Source of the DNA: a virus
Taxonomy: Duplodnaviria > Caudoviricetes
DNA length: 28,263 bases
IMG/VR virus record: IMGVR_UViG_3300020045_005420
Span: 1-28,263 of that record
Direction: 5' to 3' (one strand)
Shown piece after piece: positions 1-7,699 of this stretch. Below the pieces are notes generated by a model that made no database searches, was not told the DNA's origin, and saw only the letters and a program-made list of their open reading frames with translations. Position 1 is the stretch's first letter. Every line of letters starts with the position of its first letter. The position numbers were made by a program, and so were the translations under genes.

Positions 1-2
1 CT

Positions 3-434
3 ATGATTAAAGTCACTGCAATCGCCAATGGCTACTACGGCCAGAAGGTCCGCGTCCCCGGCGAGGAATTCGGCATCAACCAGGCCGAAGACTTCTCCGA
101 GGTGTGGATGGTTTCGGAAGATCCGAAGCTCAAGAAGAAGTCCAAGGATGTTGCCCTTGATACCGGCCCGGATACGCGCCGCGTCAACACTGGCGGCACC
201 GATGGCATCGTGGGCGTCGACGTGCCCAAGCCCGGCCAGAAGCTCTCCGCTGCTGACCGCATCGCCGCTGCCAAGGAACTGACCGGCCGCGACGACATCA
301 ACACCGCCAAGGAAGCCGACGCCATCCTGGCCGCTGCCCAGCCGCTTGCCGGCTCCGACAATGATGATCGCACGCGCGACCTGGCGATCGACCAGACCGC
401 CAATGCCCCGGCGCCCGACAGCACCGATATCTAG
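3..434 (+). CDS. Phage hypothetical (virion-associated) protein upstream of the tail genes
   Basis: 143-aa ORF with strong GC3 codon bias. N-terminus KVTAIANGYYGQKVRVPGEEF resembles small proteins found between capsid and tail genes. Short helical C-terminal segment. Confidence 0.7.
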   Translation: MIKVTAIANGYYGQKVRVPGEEFGINQAEDFSEVWMVSEDPKLKKKSKDVALDTGPDTRRVNTGGTDGIVGVDVPKPGQKLSAADRIAAAKELTGRDDINTAKEADAILAAAQPLAGSDNDDRTRDLAIDQTANAPAPDSTDI

Positions 435-436
435 GC

Positions 437-492
437 ATTCGCACACCCCAACCAATCACTGACAGGGTCCCATCCGAACAAGGTGGGACCCT
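437..492 (+). promoter_or_regulatory. Putative late promoter motif copy 1 with RBS-occluding hairpin
   Basis: ATTCGCACACC-CCAACCA(448-454)-N8-CAGGGT(463-468). Inverted repeat AGGGTCCCATC(464-474)/GGTGGGACCCT(482-492) covers SD AGGTGG just before ATG 493. Confidence 0.6.
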
Positions 493-1095
493 ATGTCGTC
501 AGTGATCTCGATCTGTAACCTGGCGCTGGCCAGCATCGGCAAGCCCGACATTCAAGACATAGATGAAGCCAGTGCCGAGGCGCAGGCTTGCAAGAAATTC
601 TACGAGCAGGCGCGCGACACGCTGCTGCAATCGTATCCATGGCGGTTTGCCCAGACCACGGCGGCGCTCGCTGAGGTCGTGAACGTCAAGACTAATCGGT
701 GGGGCCATGCCTACCAGCGGCCCGCCGACTGCCTCAAGGCGCTGCGCGTGACCGATACCTATGATCTCGACTATCTGCCCAGCGATGGCGGCTCTGTGGT
801 TGCCGGTGGCCATGCCTATGCGATCGAGGGCGCCACGATCTATTGCGGCCTCAGCCCGGCCTATCTGGTTTTTACGCAACGCCTGGAAGATCCGACGCGC
901 TACCCGTCTCTGTTCATCGAGGCACTGGCCTGGCGCCTGGCTGTGTCGCTGGCCATGCCGCTGACCCGCGACCCCAAGGTTCGCGCCGACGCCTACCAGC
1001 TTGCCGTTCAGACGATGGGCCAAGCAGGCGTGTCGGATGCGAACGAGGTGCGGCAGGTGGATGACGCCCCGGCCCGCGCGATCGAGGCCCGATAA
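493..1095 (+). CDS. Tail tubular protein A / head-tail adaptor (T7 gp11-like)
   Basis: Typical motifs ICNLALASIG, YEQARDTLLQSYPWRFA, YQRPADCL, LFIEALAWRLA; 200 aa; directly upstream of tubular B. Confidence 0.9.
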   Translation: MSSVISICNLALASIGKPDIQDIDEASAEAQACKKFYEQARDTLLQSYPWRFAQTTAALAEVVNVKTNRWGHAYQRPADCLKALRVTDTYDLDYLPSDGGSVVAGGHAYAIEGATIYCGLSPAYLVFTQRLEDPTRYPSLFIEALAWRLAVSLAMPLTRDPKVRADAYQLAVQTMGQAGVSDANEVRQVDDAPARAIEAR

Positions 1096-3143
1096 TGGCT
1101 GACCTCCGCGCCTATCAACCATCCTTCACCAGCGGCGAGCTATCCCCGGCTCTGTGGGCGCGTGTCGACCTGGCGAAATACGCGACCGGGCTCAAGACGG
1201 CGCTCAACCTGTTCATCCATGCCCATGGCGGCGCGTCCAATCGTGCCGGGTTCGAGTTCATCCGTGAGGTGAAAACCTCCAGCCTGGCCACGCGGATTAT
1301 CCCGTTCCAGTTCAACACCGAGCAGTCGTATATTCTCGAATTCGGCAACACCTATTTCCGCGTGTTCCGCGATGGCGGAGTGATCCTGTCGGGTGGACTG
1401 CCCTATGAGGTGGTGACGCCATACCTGACGGCCTACCTGGCTGATCTGACGTTCATCCAAGAGGCTGATGTCATGTACATTTGCCACGTCAACTATGCGC
1501 CGCGCAAACTGAGCCGGCTGGCCGATGACAACTGGACGCTGACCACGCCAACATTTGCGCCGGCCATTGCCGCGCCGACTGGTGTGAGTGCTGTTCGCAC
1601 CGTGGGCGCTGCTGGTTCCAACGTGTCGTATAAGGTCGCGGCTATCGCTGACAGTGGTGAGGAAAGCCTACCCAGCACCGCGGCAACCATTTCCTGCGAC
1701 CTATCCATCGCTGGCAATAAAAACACGATCTCATGGTCGGCCCTGTCGGGCGCCGTGCGGTACATCGTTTATAAGCTGGACAACGGCGTCTATGGCTACA
1801 TCGGCGGGACCGAGGGGCTGTCGTTCGTTGACGAGAACATCACCGCCGACCTGGCCGATGGCGTGCAGAAGCCGCGCAACCCGTTCAACGCTGCCGGGAA
1901 ATATCCGCGCTGCGCCACGTTCGTTGACCAGCGCCTCGCCTTCGCGTCGAGCCTGACTGAGCCGCAGGCTGTGTGGACGAGCCAGTCCGCGAACTATGAG
2001 AATTTCGGCGTGTCGTCGCCGCAGAAGGAAAGTGATGCGATCACGTTCCGCCTGCGTGCCCGCCAGGTCCAAGAGATCCGGTCGATGATCCCGTTCAAGG
2101 GGCTGATGCTCCTGGCATCGGGCGGCGAGTTCATTGCGACCGGCGCCGATGGCGACTATCTGACACCCAGCGTTAAGATCACTCCGCAGGGCTATCGCGG
2201 CAGCTCCACAATCCAGCCGATCATCGTGGGCAACACGGTGCTGTTCGCGCAGGACCGCGGCGGCGTGATCCGCGATTTCAGCTATGAGTTTGCGCAGGAC
2301 AGTTTCGTCGGCAAGGATCTGACGATCCTGGCGCGGCATCTGTTCGAGGGCAAGGACATCAAGGCGTGGGCCTATGCCCAGGCGCCGCACTCGATCGTCT
2401 GGTGCATTCTGGACGATGGATCGCTGGTGACGCTGACCTATCTGAAAGAGCATGACGTGTGGGGCTGGTCCCGTCACCAGACCGACGGCGTGTTCGAGGA
2501 TGTGACGGTCATTGCCGAGGGCAAGGAAGACGTGCCCTACTTCATCATCCGGCGCACGGTCGGCGGCGCGCAGGTCCGCTATATCGAGCGCATGCACACC
2601 CGCGACTTTGACACGGTGGTCGATGCGTTCTTTGTGGATAGCGGGCTCTCCTATTCGGGCACGCCGATCTCGACGGTCACGCTGGCGCACCTCAAGGGCA
2701 AGCCGATCGTGGCGCTGGTCGATGGCAATGTGGTGACCGGGCTGACGGCCGACGCTTCAACCGGCGCCGTGACGCTGCCGAACGCCGGGTCGGTGATCCA
2801 TGCGGGCCTGGCCTATACTGCCGAACTGGAAACGCTCGATCTCGACCTGGGGCAGATCGCCGGGCTCGGCTCGGTTCAGGGCCGGTGGAAGTCGGTATCC
2901 GAAGCCACGATGCGCGTCGAGAAAACGCGCGGTATCTGGACAGGGCCGACGCGGGATCGGCTGGTCGAATACAAGCAGCGCGCGGGCGAGGCGTGGAATG
3001 AAGCCATCGCGGCGTTCACTGGCGACATCACCATCACGCCGATGTGGGACTGGACCAAAGGCGGCACGACTATCGTCCAGCAGCGGGATCCTCTCCCAAT
3101 GACCATCCTCGCGATCATGCCGGATATTACCCTTGGCCGCTGA
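1095..3143 (+). CDS. Tail tubular protein B / nozzle (T7 gp12-like)
   Basis: QPSFTSGELSPALWARVDLAKY, RIIPFQFNTEQSYILEFG, YPRCATFVDQRLAF and VWGWSRH motifs; 682 aa; stop/start overlap with tubular A. Confidence 0.92.
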   Translation: MADLRAYQPSFTSGELSPALWARVDLAKYATGLKTALNLFIHAHGGASNRAGFEFIREVKTSSLATRIIPFQFNTEQSYILEFGNTYFRVFRDGGVILSGGLPYEVVTPYLTAYLADLTFIQEADVMYICHVNYAPRKLSRLADDNWTLTTPTFAPAIAAPTGVSAVRTVGAAGSNVSYKVAAIADSGEESLPSTAATISCDLSIAGNKNTISWSALSGAVRYIVYKLDNGVYGYIGGTEGLSFVDENITADLADGVQKPRNPFNAAGKYPRCATFVDQRLAFASSLTEPQAVWTSQSANYENFGVSSPQKESDAITFRLRARQVQEIRSMIPFKGLMLLASGGEFIATGADGDYLTPSVKITPQGYRGSSTIQPIIVGNTVLFAQDRGGVIRDFSYEFAQDSFVGKDLTILARHLFEGKDIKAWAYAQAPHSIVWCILDDGSLVTLTYLKEHDVWGWSRHQTDGVFEDVTVIAEGKEDVPYFIIRRTVGGAQVRYIERMHTRDFDTVVDAFFVDSGLSYSGTPISTVTLAHLKGKPIVALVDGNVVTGLTADASTGAVTLPNAGSVIHAGLAYTAELETLDLDLGQIAGLGSVQGRWKSVSEATMRVEKTRGIWTGPTRDRLVEYKQRAGEAWNEAIAAFTGDITITPMWDWTKGGTTIVQQRDPLPMTILAIMPDITLGR

Positions 3144-3606
3144 TCTGCGGATCATCCCCGCCATTCCCGAACACATCGCGCCGGTCGCCATCCATATGCG
3201 CCAGGCCGACCGTGACGAGGTCGAGGCATCGTCGGGCCGCTCGCCGTATGAGGCGCTGGAATTCTCGCTGGCTCGGTCGGTCATTGCGCGCACGGTGCTG
3301 GTCGACGGGCGCCCGGCAGGCATGTTCGGCTGCGGCGATCTGAACATCCTGGCGCGGTCTGGTGCGCCTTGGCTGCTGGGCACGGATGACCTGGCGCTGG
3401 CGCCGGTTGCATTCCTGCGCGCCTCGCTCGATTGGCAGCGCCAACTATTCGAGCGCTATGACGTGTTGAGAAATCTGGTCGATGACCGCAACGCGGCGTC
3501 GATCCGCTGGCTGCAATGGCTGGGGTTCAAATTGAGCGAGCCTGTTCTTGTCGGCCCTGTCGGCATGCCGTTCCGACTGTTTGAATTGAGGCGCGCTGAT
3601 GTGTGA
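3133..3606 (+). CDS. GNAT-like phage protein (T7 gp13 / internal virion protein A-like)
   Basis: MRQADRDEV, PWLLGTD and LRNLVDDRNAASIRWLQWLGF acetyltransferase-like motif; conserved position after the nozzle gene; TTG start. Confidence 0.8.
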   Translation: MAADLRIIPAIPEHIAPVAIHMRQADRDEVEASSGRSPYEALEFSLARSVIARTVLVDGRPAGMFGCGDLNILARSGAPWLLGTDDLALAPVAFLRASLDWQRQLFERYDVLRNLVDDRNAASIRWLQWLGFKLSEPVLVGPVGMPFRLFELRRADV

Positions 3607-4117
3607 AATTGCAACCATCCTGACTATCGCTTCGACCGCGATCGGCGCTTTCGGGGCAATCCAGCAAGGCAACGCCGCGGCCGAGGCCAGCCGGTACAAC
3701 GCCAAAGTGGCCGAGATGAATGCCACCATGAGCGAGCGGCGCGCGCGTGATGCGCTCGATCGCGGCGCTCGTGAGGAACAGCAGAAGCGGGCCGAGGTTG
3801 CCCAGCTACAGGGTCGGCAGCGCGCGGCCATGGGCGCCAACGGCGTCGACCTGACATTCGGCTCCCCGCTCGATACCATTGTAGACACTGCCGTCCTGGG
3901 CGAGCTTGACGCGCTGACGATCCGCCGCAACGCCGCGAATGAAAGCTATGACCAGAAGGTCAATGCCGTGAACGGCCGGGCTGACGCCTCGCTGTCGCGG
4001 ATGAATGCCGATGCATCCCAAACGGGCGGCTATCTGGCCGCGGCCGGCACGCTGCTTGGTGGCGCGTCAAGCGCATATTCCCAGTACAAGCGGCCCACGA
4101 TTGGAGCCTATGCCTGA
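3599..4117 (+). CDS. Internal virion / ejection protein (T7 gp14-like)
   Basis: MCE start followed by a hydrophobic Ala/Gly-rich N-terminus, GRQRAAMGANGVDLTFGSPLD motif, and a Gly/Ala-rich C-terminus. Confidence 0.85.
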   Translation: MCEIATILTIASTAIGAFGAIQQGNAAAEASRYNAKVAEMNATMSERRARDALDRGAREEQQKRAEVAQLQGRQRAAMGANGVDLTFGSPLDTIVDTAVLGELDALTIRRNAANESYDQKVNAVNGRADASLSRMNADASQTGGYLAAAGTLLGGASSAYSQYKRPTIGAYA

Positions 4118-6378
4118 TGGCCATCGTCCCGCAGTACAAGCCATCGGTCGCTGAACGGCCCATTCTCCAGGCGAACCTGACCACGCGCGCCAGTGCCGCC
4201 GACTTTGGCTCGGCTATCGGCCAGGGCTTGCAGCAGGTTGGCCAGGGGCTCGGGCAGGCGGCGCAGGAATTCGGCACGCTGCGCGATCTCGAAGATCAGA
4301 TGCGCGCCAAGGAAGCCGACAACGCTTTCGCCGCTTGGAAGCGCGAGGCCGACTATGGCGCGGGCGGCTATATGACGCTCGAAGGCCAGGCCGCTGTCGA
4401 CGGTCGCGATGCCTATGTGCAAACGCTCGAAGACAAGCGCCGCGAATTCGGCTCGGGCCTGTCGGGCGGCGCGTCTCAAATGTATGGCCAGGCCAGCCAG
4501 GCGCGGGTCAACTCGGCGCTGGATAGCTCGATCGTTCACGCGGCCGGCGAGCGCAAGAAGTGGTTCAATGACACGGCCAGCGCCCGGCTCGATACGTTTG
4601 CCGAGGACGCGCTGGCTGTCTGGAATAACCCGGCCAAGGTCGACACGAACATTGCTGCCGGCCAGGCTGAGATCCGCCAGCAAGGCGCAATGCTCGGCTG
4701 GGGCGCTGACGTGCTGGCCAACAAGGAAGCCCAATATATTTCGGATGTGCGCAAGAATATCGCGCTGCGTCACATGATGGACGATCCGATCGCGGCCAAG
4801 GCATATATCGAGGAACACCGCTCGGAGCTGACCGGCCAGGCCCAGTTCGAGCTGGATGAAACTATTCAGGCGCCGCTGGTCAATGCCCAGGGCGTGAGCG
4901 CCGCGACCGACTTCCTGACCAATGGCCAGCGTACCTATGGCGCCGCGCCTGAGAATGAAGGGCAGGGCCCGACGAATGCGCGGGCGTTCCTGATGGAACG
5001 GTCGGTCAACCCACGCGCGGCGCACATCGACAATCTCGACGGGGCGTTCGCCAATAATCTCGCGGCGCTGTTGCAGGACGCGCCCTTCGAGGGGCTGGGC
5101 GTGCTGAGCGGCAACCGGACGCAAGAGGAACAGATCGCGCTCTTTGAGGGCAGCGACAAGAGCGGGCGCATGGTCGCGTTCCCCATCGGGTACAAGAAGC
5201 CTGACGGGACTATCTCGAACGGGTCCAACCACCAGCACGGCAATGCCGTCGATATCAGCTACAATGGCCGATCGCTCAAGCATGCCCCGCCCGAGGTCAT
5301 TGCCTGGGTCCACAAGAATGCCGGCGGCTATGGCCTGACCTTCCCGATGTCATGGGAAAATTGGCACATCGAGCCGGCCGGCGTGCGCGGCGGGTCAACT
5401 GCCGTGGCCAATACCGGGCAGACGACTGCGCGGGCGCAAGGCCCATCGTGGGCGTCGATGGAAGAATATCTCCGCACCATCCCCGATCCCAAGGTGCGCG
5501 ACGTTGCCCGCACCGCGATCACGGCCCAGATCAATGCCTCGACCAAGGATCAGGAAGCCCAGCGGAAGGCTGTGGGCGAGCAGGCTTTCTCGGAGATGGT
5601 GACGCAGAACGTCTCGCCCTTCTCGTTCACGCCCGAGGTTCAGGCTGCGCTCGGCATGGAAACCATGTCGTCGCTGATGACCTATTGGGACAAGCAGGCG
5701 GCGGGTGAGAAGATCGAGACAAAGCCCGAGTTGCTGTACCAGATGCAGACCGCCTACGCGACCGACCCTGTCGCATTCGCTGAGGTGGATCTGCTGCAAT
5801 ACCGCAGCCAGCTTTCCGATAGCGATTGGAAGACGGTCACCGACTGGCGCCAGACCGCGCTGACCGACCAGCGCAAGGCGACCGAGGAAGGCATGACCCT
5901 GTCGTCGGCGTTCTCGGCATCCACCACGGCGCTCGAAGCTGCCGGGATCACCATGGTCGGCAAGGACGAGGCTGCGCGGGCTGAGGCGGCAAAGCAGATC
6001 GCCATGTTCAACAACGTTCTGACCCAGCAGATGGCAGAGTTCCGCACAAGGAACGAGGGCCGCGCACCGAACGATGCGGAGATCCAGCAGATCACCAATC
6101 GGCTGCTGTTGCCCATCGTGATCAAGCCGGCCGCGGTCGATGATGGTTTCTTCGGGAACCACTTCTTCGGGATGGGCCTGCCCAAGCCGATCGATGCGCG
6201 GCTGTTCGAGGCCGGCGCGCGACCCGATGGCACGACCGTCGATGTCAACGTGCAGTATCAGGACATCCCAATTGATATGCGCGACACTCTCAAGCTGACG
6301 CTGATCCGCGAGCTTGGCCGTGAGCCGACCGAGGAAGAAGTGATCTCAGAATACGAGGCGTTTTTTCTGGGTATGTGA
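4117..6378 (+). CDS. Internal virion / ejection protein (gp15-like) with central peptidase M15 (VanY-like) domain
   Basis: 753-aa helical protein. Central SGNRTQEEQIALF, SNHQHGNAVD (SxHxxGxAxD, 5224-5253) and ENWH (5356-5367) zinc-peptidase motifs. Confidence 0.85.
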   Translation: MAIVPQYKPSVAERPILQANLTTRASAADFGSAIGQGLQQVGQGLGQAAQEFGTLRDLEDQMRAKEADNAFAAWKREADYGAGGYMTLEGQAAVDGRDAYVQTLEDKRREFGSGLSGGASQMYGQASQARVNSALDSSIVHAAGERKKWFNDTASARLDTFAEDALAVWNNPAKVDTNIAAGQAEIRQQGAMLGWGADVLANKEAQYISDVRKNIALRHMMDDPIAAKAYIEEHRSELTGQAQFELDETIQAPLVNAQGVSAATDFLTNGQRTYGAAPENEGQGPTNARAFLMERSVNPRAAHIDNLDGAFANNLAALLQDAPFEGLGVLSGNRTQEEQIALFEGSDKSGRMVAFPIGYKKPDGTISNGSNHQHGNAVDISYNGRSLKHAPPEVIAWVHKNAGGYGLTFPMSWENWHIEPAGVRGGSTAVANTGQTTARAQGPSWASMEEYLRTIPDPKVRDVARTAITAQINASTKDQEAQRKAVGEQAFSEMVTQNVSPFSFTPEVQAALGMETMSSLMTYWDKQAAGEKIETKPELLYQMQTAYATDPVAFAEVDLLQYRSQLSDSDWKTVTDWRQTALTDQRKATEEGMTLSSAFSASTTALEAAGITMVGKDEAARAEAAKQIAMFNNVLTQQMAEFRTRNEGRAPNDAEIQQITNRLLLPIVIKPAAVDDGFFGNHFFGMGLPKPIDARLFEAGARPDGTTVDVNVQYQDIPIDMRDTLKLTLIRELGREPTEEEVISEYEAFFLGM

Positions 6379-6379
6379 T

Positions 6380-6401
6380 GGGCCGGGATTGACCCCGGCC
6401 C
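6380..6401. terminator. GC-rich hairpin between convergent genes (possible terminator or pause site)
   Basis: GGGCCGGG-attgac-CCCGGCCC, perfect 8-bp stem. No U-tract on either strand, so not a canonical intrinsic terminator. Confidence 0.45.
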
Positions 6402-6408
6402 GCCGTGA

Positions 6409-7008
6409 TCAGATGTCGTTGTTGACGTGCGCCCGCACCGGTTCCAGATATCCCAGCGCCAGCTCCAGCGTGTGCCGGATCGATAGAACGTCTCGGGCGC
6501 ACAGCGAAGATTTTGTGTCCAGCGCCAGGGTTACAGTGTTGACCAAATCCATTCCTGCGTCGATCTGGTCGATGGCATACTGGTAGCCCGAGATTATCGA
6601 CGGCGGCGATTTCCTGTCCGCTGCCTTGGGCTCAGACAGTTGCCGCTCCATCGCGTTGAACGCTTCGATGTATTTCAGTTTCCATGTCAGCGCCCGCTTG
6701 CCGGTGAAGCCCATCGCGAGAAGGGTGAAGCCGTCGCGGTCCATGTTGCACGTCGCCACTTCGCGCGTTCCGCCTGCCGGCATCGGCACTGATCGCGACG
6801 TAAATCCAAAATTGGATGCACATGAATTGTTGTTGGAAATCAACGCCCTGATGTCGCGCATGACGTGGCCATGCTGCTTGCCGAAATAGGTTGCAACGTC
6901 TTCGCTGTTTGCGAACACATGGCCATCTCGGACAAAGACGACGGGGTGGTCCAGGCCGCGAACAGTGCGGGCGTGGCAGGGGATCGTGGTGATAAGATCT
7001 GCGGTCAT
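6409..7008 (-). CDS. rha: Rha family phage regulatory protein
   Basis: NSEDVATYFGKQHGHVMRDI and MDRDGFTLLAMGFTGKRALTWKLKYIEAFNAME are the Rha signature. Start placed at ATG 7008 with SD AAAGG; the upstream in-frame extension of the track ORF is the RNA leader. Confidence 0.9.
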   Translation of the reverse strand: MTADLITTIPCHARTVRGLDHPVVFVRDGHVFANSEDVATYFGKQHGHVMRDIRALISNNNSCASNFGFTSRSVPMPAGGTREVATCNMDRDGFTLLAMGFTGKRALTWKLKYIEAFNAMERQLSEPKAADRKSPPSIISGYQYAIDQIDAGMDLVNTVTLALDTKSSLCARDVLSIRHTLELALGYLEPVRAHVNNDI

Positions 7009-7033
7009 AGCGGGTGCCTTTCTAGTGGCTGTT

Positions 7034-7119
7034 TCATCCGGGGCTAGAAAACTGCCGCTAGACAGTCGCGCGTGTCTTTGGGCTTTCGCCTTGGACATAC
7101 ACACACGCACCCCGGACGA
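7034..7119 (-). ncRNA. C4-like (P1/P7 c4, P4 CI-type) antisense RNA
   Basis: Closing stem UCGUCCGGGG/CCCCGGAUGA, inner stem GCGUGUGU/ACACGCGC, GGC-GAAA-GCC tetraloop. Segment CUAGCGGCAGUUUUCUAG is complementary to targets at 7184-7205 and 7008-7025. Confidence 0.75.
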
Positions 7120-7216
7120 GCCAAAGGCACGAACGGATTTTAATGGTATGCGGGATGCAAACCTATCGGGTGTTTGCGAACCGCTAGCGGCAAATGGCTT
7201 TCTAGACCACGGGCAA

Positions 7217-7245
7217 ACGATGCCATAACACCTTGCCGCCGTCAA
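7217..7245 (-). promoter_or_regulatory. Sigma70-type promoter for the c4-rha transcript
   Basis: TTGACG-17 nt-CATCGT on the minus strand, immediately upstream of the first antisense-target hairpin. Confidence 0.65.
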
Positions 7246-7258
7246 GCCTCACCGCTGC

Positions 7259-7271
7259 TGTGACTTTCACA
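7259..7271. promoter_or_regulatory. Putative repressor operator TGTGA-N3-TCACA
   Basis: TGTGACTTTCACA, the same palindrome as at 24043 and 24902, lying 13 bp upstream of the rha promoter -35. Confidence 0.6.
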
Positions 7272-7300
7272 TCATCAGAACGGTCATGTCAACGGGAAAT

Positions 7301-7636
7301 TTATGCGTTGCGGCGCAATCTGAACACGGCAGCGCTGACCGAGCTGATCAGTAATACGGGCGCTGCATACTCGATGCCGGTTTCGAATAGATAGGCAACT
7401 CCTGCCCCAATATCGTTGGTCAGTGCCGACACCGCGCTCGGGCTCCACAGCGCGACGGTTGCCAGGCTGACGACCGAGCCCACCAGGATGGTGAACGGTA
7501 CAACGATGATGGCGAGAAGCGTTGACCACTGCCAGCCGGGCGGCAAGCGCTTCGCCGTCAGGTACATGCCGGCGATGGAGATGGCTGCAATCGCAAGCCA
7601 GATCTGGATCATGTGATCCATAACGAATTCGGACAT
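7301..7636 (-). CDS. Small integral membrane protein (moron; superinfection-exclusion candidate)
   Basis: 111 aa with about three hydrophobic segments; SD GGGAGG at 7642-7647 (minus strand); antisense to the virion operon. Confidence 0.7.
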   Translation of the reverse strand: MSEFVMDHMIQIWLAIAAISIAGMYLTAKRLPPGWQWSTLLAIIVVPFTILVGSVVSLATVALWSPSAVSALTNDIGAGVAYLFETGIEYAAPVLLISSVSAAVFRLRRNA

Positions 7637-7699
7637 CAGAACCTCCCAACCATCTGGGCATAGCGTTCCACGACAATTTTAACCGGGGATGCTGATGCC
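7635..7699 (+). promoter_or_regulatory. Putative late promoter motif copy 2 with RBS-occluding hairpin
   Basis: ATCAGAACCTC-CCAACCA(7646-7652)-N8-TAGCGT(7661-7666). GGCAT-AGCGTTCC(7657-7669) pairs with GGGATGCT-G-ATGCC(7686-7699), covering the SD and ATG 7695. Confidence 0.65.

Noticed and set aside
7009-7245. 79-aa N-terminal extension of Rha in the ORF track (TTG start at 7245)
   Set aside because: The TTG is part of the -35 hexamer TTGACG and the region folds as the c4-like leader; ATG 7008 has its own SD. A translated icd/ash-like leader is not fully excluded.
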